From contig RHPI01000797.1 of assembly GCA_009103225.1 (NCBI GenBank), positions 908,925-972,924 of the forward strand: a stretch of DNA of 64,000 nucleotides. Direction: 5' to 3'. Below, in pieces: positions 36,253-48,400 of this stretch. This stretch comes from Chlorokybus atmophyticus. Its lineage: Eukaryota; Plantae; Mesostigma and Chlorokybus algae. The position numbers and the translations under genes were made by a program. The notes below the pieces were generated by a model, which saw only the letters and a list, made by a program, of their open reading frames with translations, was not told the DNA's origin and ran no database searches. The stretch's first letter is position 1; each line of letters opens with the position of its first letter.

Positions 36253-39200
36253 TCTAACATAAACAAACACTATTATGAACACATGCAAATCACATATAGC
36301 ACGTTGATGGTATGACTTGCAGGCTGCATGATGTATGATGGGCGCATAGCCAAGCATGCAGGCAACCAGTGCATACCCACGCACACACCTTGTAGCTAAT
36401 GGCTATCAGGCGCAGCTACAGTAGCTTGAGAGATGAAGCTTGCAGCTAAAGGAGCGCCGTTCCCACCTGCCTGCCGCCGCTAACGCCGCCGCTGCCGCCA
36501 ACTATGTTGCCTGCACCGCCGCCTAGTTACACTAGACTGACCAGTTACGGTTGAGATACAGTGCTAAGCTGTATCTCAGCGTAACTGGAGCGTAACCCAG
36601 TTACACTGGCGTACAGACTGCGTACAGACTGCGTATTAGGTACGCGGGGTCTCTGTACGCGTCCAAACGCGTACTATTGGTCTAAAAGTCGCGTACCTTG
36701 TGACCATGGCAGCAGCATTGCAGTCAGGTGTATGCTTGGTACCAACAACAGCACCGTGCACAATTGTAGCAGTTGTTGTGTTTGTTTGAATATACGCACA
36801 AGCACAAGCAGCACTGCTGCCGCAGCAGCGCTTGCTGCCGTTGTCTTCATTTTACTTGTTACTTGTCATTGTTGTCATTGTTGTCAATATTATGATTCGT
36901 CCTGCTTTTGTCGACACGTTTTCGGCTGCTGCTGCTAGCAGCTATCGTTGTAACTGTTTGTCCATGTCCATGTTATTAGCGTCTTGCTATTGGGTTTACA
37001 TAACGGTAAGGTTCATGCACGGGAAAGTGAGTATTGACTGGCAAGAGGATTGGTTGACAGTAGCGCAAGCATAATCAAAGAGATCAAGCAAGATTATCAT
37101 GGTCCGTTGCATGAGCAGTTGACTATATATAACATACTATAGCACCGGCAGTTGTTGATGGTATGCATTATGAGCAGCTAGTATGAAGAGATGACAGAGC
37201 TGAAGAAACTTATGAGGAGAGCACACAAGGGAGGAATCGCTGGAGATCCTCGCCCTTTCCAGGAACAACTTACAGGTCAGCGTGTACTGGAGGAAGACAT
37301 TGCTAGCAACTTTATACTCTGCACGCGCGCACATGCACTCCCACATCCGCACACGCAGGCGTACTCTCACTATCCCATTCCCCCTTCCCTTCCTCCGCCC
37401 TCACCCAACAGGCCCTCCCCCCAACCACCAACAATGCAGCCTAAATTGTTGGGTTTGGTGGAGAGACATCCCTTTACGAAGCCCATTCCTTTAAGACCAT
37501 CTCCCTGAACAGCTGCAGCCTTTGACTAATAGTGGGAACTGTTGATCTTCACCCACCCCCTCCCTTGATAGTCTCGGACTGTCATGCGACACCCACTCAG
37601 CGAGGTGCGCACACAATTCTGCTCTGCCCTTTGTCTAGGCATTAGCTAAGCTTGTGCTTCTGCATGTACACACATTACGCGATTGCACGCTTGATAGTTG
37701 CAGCAAATGCAATTGCCAATGGCGCCAAAGACGCCAGCTGCGCGCTTCACACGAGCGCTGCAACTTTTGGCTATGGCAACAAGCAGAGTTTGCACCAGCT
37801 GCTCAGGCGTATAGAGCACAACCAGTCCAATATTGCAGCCCTAGCAAGTGCCGGTTAACGCAGGCCATGGCTGCACTGGAGACACTCTGCCTTTCATGCC
37901 TCGTCATCCACAGCCCGGACCCACACCAGCCACAACAATATCAGCAGGTGCGTATGCATGCGTGGTTTACATATGCGTGTCTGCATGTAAGCATGCATGT
38001 GCATGAGTGTGTTCCGCAAGCGCCTACCTAGCATCATCAGTTTGGTGATGAACGCAGCTGACGAGGGTCATGCATAATTTAGGCCTCCGTCAGGAAGCTT
38101 ATGTGAGAGAGGCGGCTCAGTAATGCTGCCGGTAAGTGTCAAAGTGCTCTTGTACAAACACATATGCACGCGCACACACGCAGAGACACGCATGCACACA
38201 TGTGCATGGGTGTGATTGCATGTGCCTGCGTGGCATGCAAGTACATGCACGCGCACACTCGCTGAAGCACAAGTAGTGTGGCACCCGCATGCTTATTTTC
38301 TATGTCCCAATCATCTCTCCCTCCCTCGTCCCCCCTGTCATTCAACTTACCTTCCTCCCTGCCCCTCCAACACAGCCCTTCCCACGACAGCAGCCCTCGA
38401 CTGTTTGCTGCCGACAGTCGGAGACTGTTAATTACCTAGCCCACAGCCCTTCCCTTAACATCCCTCCGCTGTTGTTGACAGTCGTTCCAACATCACCAAC
38501 AACAACCAACAGTCCACGACTGTTGGTTGTTGCCAATCGTTGCAAGCATCCAGCGCTTTGAAGGTGCGCGCAAAGGTCTGTACTCTGGCTGGCGTTTGCG
38601 CATGCACGCAAGGCAAATGCGCAGGCCAACGAGGCTTCATTGCACATTGTGGCAGGTGATTACTGTGTGTTATACTCATGCACATATAAGCCTATGCACA
38701 GTATCGCGCGTGCATACAAACAGTGACAATCCCACTCCCTCGCGCACGCACGCACGCACGCATGCGCATGCACGCTTACTTGCACGTACATACGCTTGCA
38801 GGCCCTGCAATATACATCTATCATTGCCACTTCTGCGCTTTTGAGATAGCATGGCTCTTGGAAAGCACACCGGTAGGGTGTTTTGTCGCTCCCTCGCTCT
38901 GCTAAACCTCGGCCACAACATAAATAGGTAATATGTGTGCATGCATGCGTGGTGTACATGTGGTTTGCGTGCGCATGTGTAAGTGTGTTGTTGCGTAAGT
39001 ACCTAGTATATATTGGTTTGCACAATGTGCACACAACCCGGTACCTTAGTGAGGCTCATCATCAGCATTTTCAACAACAGCAATTGTTACCAACAACAAC
39101 CATCATAACAACCCGCGCTCAACCTTGACAGCCGAGGGCTGTGGGAAGGGTTGTCTTTCCGACAGCCGTCGGCTGTCAATGATAGTTGAGGCCTGTTAGT

Positions 39201-39879
39201 TGGCCAACAGTCTAGTCGAATAGTTGCTAGGCACGCACGCACATGTTTACGCACGCGCCTGTGCAGGTTGTGCACATGCGTGTACGTGAACAATCAGTTT
39301 GATCATTCAACAGCCATGTAGACGGTCAAACACATGCCACTGGCTTTTGGCAAAAGCATGCACACACATACACACATACTCACACACGCGCGTGTGCAGT
39401 ACAGATGCCGACATTTTTCAGCAGGATCACTTGAGTGATGCGTCATTGTGGCTTGCTCGTCAGCTAGCTGTGGAGAAGCACGAGGCCACAAATCCGACTT
39501 GTGAGTCAGCGCCAGCAAGGTGCGAGCGACGCAAGGTCTACTCTGTCTCTAATGCGGTCTCGCGTGCCCACGCGCATGAATGCATAGCCGCACGCCAATG
39601 CACAGCTCTGCAGACACGAAAACCGCCATGTGTGATACATGCCAACAGTTCCACAACACATGCACGCCACGCGCGCATGCACGCACATCTGTACAATGAC
39701 TCACAGGTGCGCAGGCCTTGCAAGTGCTCTGGAATTATGGCGCAAGCTAGCAATATGAAGGACGGGGCTGTAGTGTAGTTACCCTCAATAGGCATAGAGT
39801 AGTTATTTGCTGTTTGTATATGAAGCGAAAATATGCATTTCCGTTTCTCTTCTTGCAAATACAAAACCAATAGCTGGTG

Positions 39880-40221
39880 CGGACAAGACCTGGTCCAAAT
39901 TGCATGCATATCCACTCACAAGCAGGAACCATCCGTCCACGTTTGCATATGAATCCGGACCATGCATGGTCCACACATAATCACTCACATGCATGGACCT
40001 TGGTCCCCATGAACACGTTCAGTTTGGACCACGCATGGTCCTTACAACTTGGTGAAATCGCGCACCATACATGGTGCGACCCCAAAAAAACATGGGACCG
40101 TTCACGTGAACTTCAGGCCATGTATGGTCGGACTGTCAACGACAGTCCGATCATGCATGGTCCACGGATTTCATTTGGCAGGGGAAAATCCCGGTTCGAA
40201 GGTATGGACCACTCATGGTCC
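39880..40221. repeat. Array of ~8 dyad motifs GGACCA-N4-TGGTCC (right cluster)
   Basis: e.g. 39957 GGACCATGCATGGTCC, 40026 GGACCACGCATGGTCC, 40062 GCACCATACATGGTGC, 40206 GGACCACTCATGGTCC. Confidence 0.85.
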
Positions 40222-41519
40222 TTTGACGTCAGGCGGTGTGCATATGTGCACGTAAACGAATGCACACCTCAGCGCGCACATAATAACTGACACACATGCA
40301 TGCACGCACACCACGAGAGACACAACAACACACACGCACACACTGCATTGCAACTCTGGCCTGAACTGACGCACATAATTGCATAAATTGCATTGCACAA
40401 GCGTGTGCACACTCGCACTTACTCACAGCCACATCCACACCCGCGCATTGCACTGCACGCGGGCGAGAAGCACATTGTGCATTTGTTCTGTTTGCATAAC
40501 CTTCAATATATCACAGCCCTAACAAGTAATATAGTAATATACATCTGTATCACAGATTTGGAATGGCGTCAAAGCTGAAGATCATGTACATTGTATGTGA
40601 TCAGATGCAATGCATATGACAACTTGACATAAATATTATTTGAAGTTGGCATATCTCTTAGAATCAATAATTGCAATGACATTTGTTCAAATGAGATAAG
40701 TTGAAGTGTATGCAAAAGTTGTCCTCTCGATTATGTATGCAACAGCAACGTAGTGACATATGCTGCACATCCAATTTTGACTCAACCACGAATAGATAAA
40801 TGAAGTTGTTAAGCCACCTAAGTTACTTTTCTCGTATCGCTCTTAGCGGCCACGCTGGAGCGGCTGCTCAACATCACATATTAAGATCTATAACAGTTAT
40901 GACTAAATATCTTTATGGCTCTCATGCAATGTCATGGGAGCCACTATCACGGGGGGGAGGTCGTGTCGCCAAGTTTCACAGAGTAGCCGGTACATATCGG
41001 CCGTGTGAGCGAGCGTTTATAGCGGTCGCGCAATAATTCAAAGCCGGTTGATTGGCAGTCGACCTCCGGAAACGTCTGGATCTCACGGCGGCTAATCGAC
41101 GAGCTGCTCGATTAGCACGATGAAATTGTAATTGGCATGTAGGTATACACATGAGCTTCACAAAAGCAAATACACTCACCCAACACCTCAAACCCAACGT
41201 CCCAACTTAACCCGCATGTGTTATGCTCTCATCAACGAGCGGTGCGGCTGATTGGGCGTGTGATTGGGCCGGCCGGCATTAGGCACAAGACACACACCAT
41301 CAGGCCATCAGTGACATACGGCACCCGCGACTGCCGGGCTGCGCGGTATGCGCGGCCCGCCTGCCTCTCATTGGCTAGGCGACAATTATTAGCTATCCGC
41401 CGTTCAATCTGTCAACACAAATCTCGACCGTCCAAAGCTCATCCCCTTGTCATGCAACTGCTCAAAATATATGCGAACTATATATACTTTATTTATGATG
41501 TTCCTGATAAGTATATGCA

Positions 41520-41850
41520 ATTATGACTACATATAATATTATGCATTGTAATCTATAGCAATAAGATATATATATGTATCATAAGTGCAAAATTTGTATG
41601 ATATATACGCACTTATATCTGAGTAATCTTATATCATACATACATTACATTATATATAAATAAAAGATATACATATATATTATAAAATGATACATAGCAT
41701 TGTACACATTATATGCATATAATAATACACTATGTTATATCTATATATAATTTTATGTGCATAATATATATGTTACATGTGATCTTTTATACATAATATA
41801 TATATATATGTATATTATATAATATATATACATAAAATATATATTGCAAA
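41520..41850. repeat. AT-rich low-complexity/(TA)n tract
   Basis: Directly visible TATATA-rich segment. Confidence 0.7.
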
Positions 41851-44800
41851 AAATGAGGAGAATATAGTGCACATTTGGCGGCATATGGTTTCACATGGCT
41901 TATATAATCTAAACATGTCCCACATGTATTAAGATAATGCATTAAGTTCCAGGGTCAAGTGCCATAACTTGGGGATGTTTATGAGTTTTGAGTTTGGAGT
42001 CCAGCAATGCGGGCGTGCAAATCCACATGCACAATATCTCTGATGTAGCAAAATGTTGCGAGATGATAACATATGCGACGATATGGTGCAACATGGTGCA
42101 ATATTAGCAAATGCTGTTAAGTGTTTCAAAACTTAATAATCAACGTAACGTTCACGCCACGGTACGTGCTGCGATACTCAGTACATAATGCTGAGGTTAC
42201 GACCATCAAAATAATGCTAACCTGAATTACCTTAACGTTAAGATTCAACTAAACGAAAAATTGCATCGTTAGGCCACCATTTGGTCACGCATGAGATTGA
42301 TCAAATGGGATCGCAACGGTGACAACAGCCAGTTGCTCAAAAAGGCAGCGAAATAACCAATCATTGCAAAGATGCGTAAAAGATGCTGAAAAATATCTCA
42401 GCGGCAACCGCCTACCAACGGCGACCAAAGCTGCCAGGGATTTGGTGCAATTGCGGCACAATTAGTGGTTAAAACGGCCGCGTTTTTGGCGGTACGAGGT
42501 CGGGGCAAGTCCTATACCCCAAAGACATGCCGCCACTACTCACCCTCGTTCTAACTAATCCACTGTACCCTTTAATGCTAATTGATTACACGCTATAGTT
42601 ACTGCGTCATCAAACATGGTCAACAGCCGAACCACTTGAATGACTGTACACCTAAGTGTACAGCTAAACTGGCAAAATCCTTACTCTATCAACTGTGTCT
42701 TATGCACAACTGATCCAAATGAGGTCAAACTACTTTTAATATATTGTTTTTCGATAAAAAAAAAGGATAATGTATCTAAACGCTCAATTTTTCTGGTCTA
42801 TGCATAGGGGCGTGCCCACAAGGTCACTGAAGCGTATATTAAGCTAAATTCCTAATGTAAAGCTATAAGACATTTGTTAAGTGATTAATTTATTTCTGCA
42901 CTTGCGCAACCGAATATGCACGGCTACGATACACATGTAATCCATGCAGATTGACACAGCCAGCTATTAATAAAATAAACATTGAAAGATGCTTGAATTG
43001 TATACATCACAATTTAACTATATCTTTTATTTTAATTACAAAACTGACTTTTTACGTTAAAAAGTCATTGCTATTGAACATGTTTAAATATCAGCCCCTC
43101 CACAATGGCTCAACCACGTTCGTGCTGAAGGGGGCCTTTTCATCAGGGCGGGTTTCAAAACAGTTTGTGCTTCAATACTTATAGGGCATACGCTACCAAA
43201 CTACTACCAGGCAACCTCTCATGCATGCCTGGAGTCTCTTAGCCAGGCTGTGTGCTTATGTAGAGGTCTATAAGTTGTAGGTCTCTAGGCCACGTTGTGC
43301 ACGGCTTCCACAGCGCGAACTCTCACGCCGGAACACACATTGTACCCGCCGCTGCCTTGATACAAATGACAATCATCACTGTTCGCGCCAAATGACGAGC
43401 TGGTGCGATACAGGTGTCGCCTGTATCGCACCAGCTCTGCAAAGCACGTTGCTGTTAACTCGGTGTAACGATTCTTATCAAGCGGCGCAGATCTTCTGCG
43501 TCGACCGATTGAAAGGCAGCAGGAGTGTCACTTGTACCTAATAAGGATTGTTAGCGTATTCGACAATTACCGTGTTATTTAAACATGCGTGTACCAAGGG
43601 AGGGACTAGCAATGCATGCTTGAGACCCATTTGGTACGGCGCTATTTAGGCCGAGATGACAACTTTCATGTACGGCGAAGTGCAGATCTATGAATTAACG
43701 TTACTGGCTTTGTAAGTTAATTCGTCATGCATGATGCTGGCGCGGATGAGGTGCAATTGCGCTAGGGCCCTGGTGATTGCCCCTTCCAGCGAAAACCAGT
43801 GCATCACGACTCATAACCAACGCTACATACCGTATTGTTTACTGTATTGGGTAATACCAGGTATGACACTGATGTGATGATAGTGAGCGTTTGATTCATG
43901 CAGCGCCCCAAGTGACTCAAATGATGTGCAAGTATTCATGAAGTCAATAGGCTTCAATACGTGTGGCCTAGCGTGAATCTTCAGTGAGGCGTGGTCAATC
44001 CAGTCCGCCTTGCGAAGCACGCGCGCACGTGAAAGCGCTGAGTCCGAGTCGCACCCGCCGGAATGCATTGGCGCGGTCGAACTGGACTTGCGATTATTTT
44101 ATTGGGTGGGAACGTCTCACTCGTATACGACACTCCACCCGCGTTACAGGTCACCAGTCTTGACGCTGGTGGGCCTTGCAGTGCGGCGGCGGCGGCGGCG
44201 GCGGCGAGGAGACCAGGCTGGGCTGGACGGTTCTCAGCGGGAGAGTGTGGTGTTAATATGGTAAGTCAGGACGTGGCCTACGAAGGCTTTGCATGCATGG
44301 CTAGCGGCGATGGTAGTGTCACTCTCTTTGGGGACGTTGCTGCTGCTGGTGGTGTCCGTGTTTGTCGGTGTCGATCGCTGCCTAACCGCATTCCTGGTGG
44401 TTTGGAGTCGCATAGTTGCTGTTATGGTCGCAAGCTGTCACAAACGAGGCAACCGAGCATGACGCTTGTGTCGCAAGCATGTGTCGACGTGACAGCCACG
44501 CTTGTTACTGCCAAGCTCTTGTTACTGTCAAGCTCACCGATAGTGATAGACTGGCACTACATTTTGCTTTGTTGTGCAATAAGCTCGGGTCGTGTCCTAG
44601 GGCGTTGAAGCTTTCGTTTCGTACTGTTGTCCGATAGCAGTACTTCTGTTGACACTGTATACAAAAACACTACTGTCAAACCGGGTACGAAGCCAGCTTC
44701 AAAAGTAGTCCACCATTGACTTTTTAGCCTACTTTGCTCTCAGTCGAGTTCAGCTATCTGGTGTCATGTCAGCGTCGGAGCTGTCGCAGCAGCGGGGGCC

Positions 44801-45449
44801 AGTGAGCAGTACTCAAGTAGCTGTCGAGTATGGTGTTATCGAGCGCATTGTCTGCAGTAGTGTGTATGCGCAGTGGGCAGCAATGCTTGCAGGTCGAGTA
44901 TACTCGTTCCAGAGATGCCAAAATGCACATGGTTTTATTGTGATGGGACAGCTGGCACTTGTCACGTCAGTCACGGTGTCAACCACTGGATCCTGCTTCG
45001 TCTCAAGCTGTTATTGTGTGATGAGACAGCTGGTGCTCCTCTTACTGGTCCCTTGGACACTACGCAAGCACGGCAGTACACGATTCTCGCACATAGTGGA
45101 GCAGTGTAGAACTAGTTTGCTGCGTTACTGTCACGCATGCGGCTTGTGTGAATACTCCGCCTTGTACAAGTGCCGTTGCTTTGGTTGACAGCAACCCAGC
45201 GTCTGTGCGTGCGTGCGTGACTGCTTGGAAGCATGTGCGTGTGCGCTGCTTTGAGTTGAGCCGACCACCCTGTACAATCCGTAGTAGTAGCCTTTAACGT
45301 TGTCAGCTGCGAAATCTGCCTTCATGCTTTCTTAGCAAGTGTACTCACCTCCTGTGCTGCACCTTTCAGTTCAGTCAAGGCCAGCTAGCTCTCACCTATG
45401 CGAACAAGTGAAGTGCGGAGGAGGGACCAGCGGCGGACACTCTGTCCGG

Positions 45450-48400
45450 ATGTTGGCACCGGCGTGTGCCCTTCTGCTGTGTTGTCTGATTGCCTCCGTC
45501 GCTGCACAATGCCCGCCCGTCGCCAACCCTGCTTCCGGCTGCGCACCTGTCACTGAGCCGTACCCCATTTATCTCCCCAATTGGTACAGCTCACTAGGGG
45601 GCAAGGTACGTTTCCATTACAGCACACATATATGCGCACGCATGCATGCGGTCACAATAGGCTCCATACAAGCGCATCAATGATTCAGCCACATCAAACG
45701 CACAGCGCACACATCGTTGGTTTGTCAAGATGACGTGTTAGACTAGTTCCCTCGTCCCTGTGTGTCACACAATGGTGTAGTTGTCTTGGCACGAAGCTGC
45801 GGCTGCAGTGGTCAAACCAGCTGTGTTGTTGCACATGGTGCTAATCATGTTCATTGACATGGCAGGTGCGTGATGTCAATGGACAAGCACTGGGCTTTAC
45901 GTATGTGGAGAAGCCCAGCTTAGGGGTGGGCTACATCCGCGAGAACCTGAGAGTGTCCTACGGCAGGCTCATTATCACAACAACTCCCGGCGCTGATGAT
46001 AGCAACAGGAATGATCAGGTAGGGGTCTAACATGCACGCTTGGTATCAAGTCTACGGTGCCACGGTGCCAATACTGTGCTGTCTGCAGGACAATAGGCTG
46101 GGCTTTGGCTTTCAGAACCCTTCCACCCCATTGACCCTCACCACAGTGATAGAGAATCCCCAACTGTTTGGGTCCCAGTATGATCAGGCCGGCTTGTGGC
46201 TTGGGACCAATGAAGACAATTTTGTCAAGTTCATAGTGATCGCTTGGCCAGACATAGGCTGGCGCTTGCAGGTACCTATTCACTTAACAATCAGGAAGTA
46301 TCCAAACCGATGGTGCTTGGCAACATCACAGGCTGCAAGTTGACACACGCACATATGCCGTCACTGACGTTTCGTGGTGCAGCTGCTAGTTGAGATCAGC
46401 GGAAATGCTGGAGTAGTTGCTGAGACTGTGGACTTGACAACCTCGGTGAGCCGAACAACCGTGACGCTATCACTGGTTGTTAATGACGCGACCAACACGG
46501 TGCTGGGTCGTTGGTCCACTGCGGATGGTAGATCTGGCACTGTGGGTCCATTGCGAATAACGGGCCAAACGCCATGGAACCGTGGAGCAAGCGCTTGGGC
46601 TTATGGTGAGTGTTGTTTTGAGTGCATGCGCATGCGATATGTTGTTGTTATCCTCACGCGCATGCTGGTCGGCATCTAGGTGGTATCTTCGCCACACAAT
46701 CGCGCGACACTGCGAAGGCCGGCACAGTGTCCTACAGCTTTAAGAGCTTTTCTGCCACTGTGGCACCCTCGGTGAGTAGAGCGCTGCTGCTCGAAGACGC
46801 CTCTGCGAAGGTGATGCGGGCACTTGTCCTTGCAGCACAGCTTGCATTGATGATGAACCCTCTCCCTCCCTCCCTCCGTCTGTGTTGTCTTGCAGCCTTC
46901 TCCCCCTCCCCCTCCCCGGCCCCCTCCCCCTTNNNNNNNNNNNNNNNNNNNNNNNNNNNNNNNNNNNNNNNNNNNNNNNNNNNNNNNNNNNNNNNNNNNN
47001 NCCCCGGCCCCCTCCCCCTTCCCCGCCTCCCCCTCCCCCTTACAACCCCTGCCCTCCCGTTGCCAACCCAGCACGAGGATGCGATCCAGTCACCAGGGCA
47101 TACCCGATCGGCATATCCAATTGGTACAATGAAATGGGCGGCAAGGTGAGAGCTTTGCGACTTGTATCCATCTGAAGTTCTATCCTTCACAGTAACTTGT
47201 TGATGTGTGGTTCGAGTGCCAATACTTACGCTGCAGTTTGCCTTTCAACGTGTAGGTCTATGACGCGAATGGTTTCTATTTGGGCTTCACGTACGTGGAG
47301 GATCCAACAGCCGGTGTTGGTTTCCTGCCAAATAACTTGCGAGCAGCATATGGAAGACTGACCATCACAGCCAATGCTGGCTCGGCTGATAGCACCAAAA
47401 ACAGCCAGGTACGCTTACTCTGTCGGGAAATATTGTCTTACTAAGCATGTACCTAAGCCAACCTCAGCTTTTGGTCATGTTGTTGAACTTCAATCAAATA
47501 AGCTTCTACTGAGTTATCGCTCGCAGCATTCATGTCCCTCACAACGTACGCGAGCTGCACCTCTCTTATTGATGTGTGCATTCTTGTAGGACAACCGCCT
47601 AGGCTTTGGGTTTGCCAACCCTTCCAGGGCAGTAACACTTCAGACGGTGGTGGAGGATCCGCGCCTCTTCGGCAGCCAGTATGACCAGGCGGGCTTGTGG
47701 CTCGGGACCAACGAGGACAACTTTGTCAAGCTCATTGTTGTCGCATGGCCTAAAATTGGCTACCGCATCCAGGTAACAGCAGTGTTTCAACTCCCTCTCT
47801 ATCACCTTTGCAGTCAATGGAATACTCACGCACTCGTGGCCGTGCAGCTACTGGTTGAGGTCGGTGCTGTGACAGTTGCACAGGAGGTGGCCACCGTGAC
47901 CGGCGAGTCTCTAAGCCAGACCACTGTCGCACTGTCCTTGACAATCGATCCAGTGGCTAGCACCGTCAGAGCCAGGTGGTCCACAGGGGATGGCAGGGCT
48001 GGCAGTCTAGGCCCTCTGGAGGTCACTGGCAACACGCCCTGGGTCCGCGGTGCCAACCCATGGGCATATGGTGAGTGCTTCACAGCACCTTCGTCCAGCA
48101 TGCATGCTTGTGCGTGTGCAGCATGCACACGCGTGCACGTGAGCGCGCGCGTGTGCGAGTGCATGTGCGTGCATGCGGGCGCGTGTGTGCGAATGTGCCT
48201 GATTCATCTGGTCGGCATGGCAGGTGGTATCTTCACTTCGCAAGCACGTGACACTGCACCCACCGGCAGTGTATCCTATACATTCAGAAACTTTTATGCC
48301 AGTGTGGCACCACCGGTGAGCACGCAGCATTCGCTGCACACATCATGAAATGCAGACGTCGAAGCTTTGCTGGTACTGATATGAGCTTGTGTGGTTGTCG

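Larger units (their letters stand above)
33496..36708 (-). mobile_element. Complete hAT DNA transposon (3213 bp)
   Basis: TIRs CATGGTCACATGGTAC (33496-33511) and revcomp CATGGTCACAAGGTAC (36693-36708) match 15/16. Perfect 8-bp TSD GCAGCAGC at 33488-33495 and 36709-36716. GTACGC/GCGTAC subterminal motifs at both ends. Confidence 0.96.

Noticed and set aside
32857-40221. Dyad arrays considered as CRISPR repeats
   Set aside because: Units are 16 bp, degenerate and irregularly spaced, with no unique fixed-length spacers.
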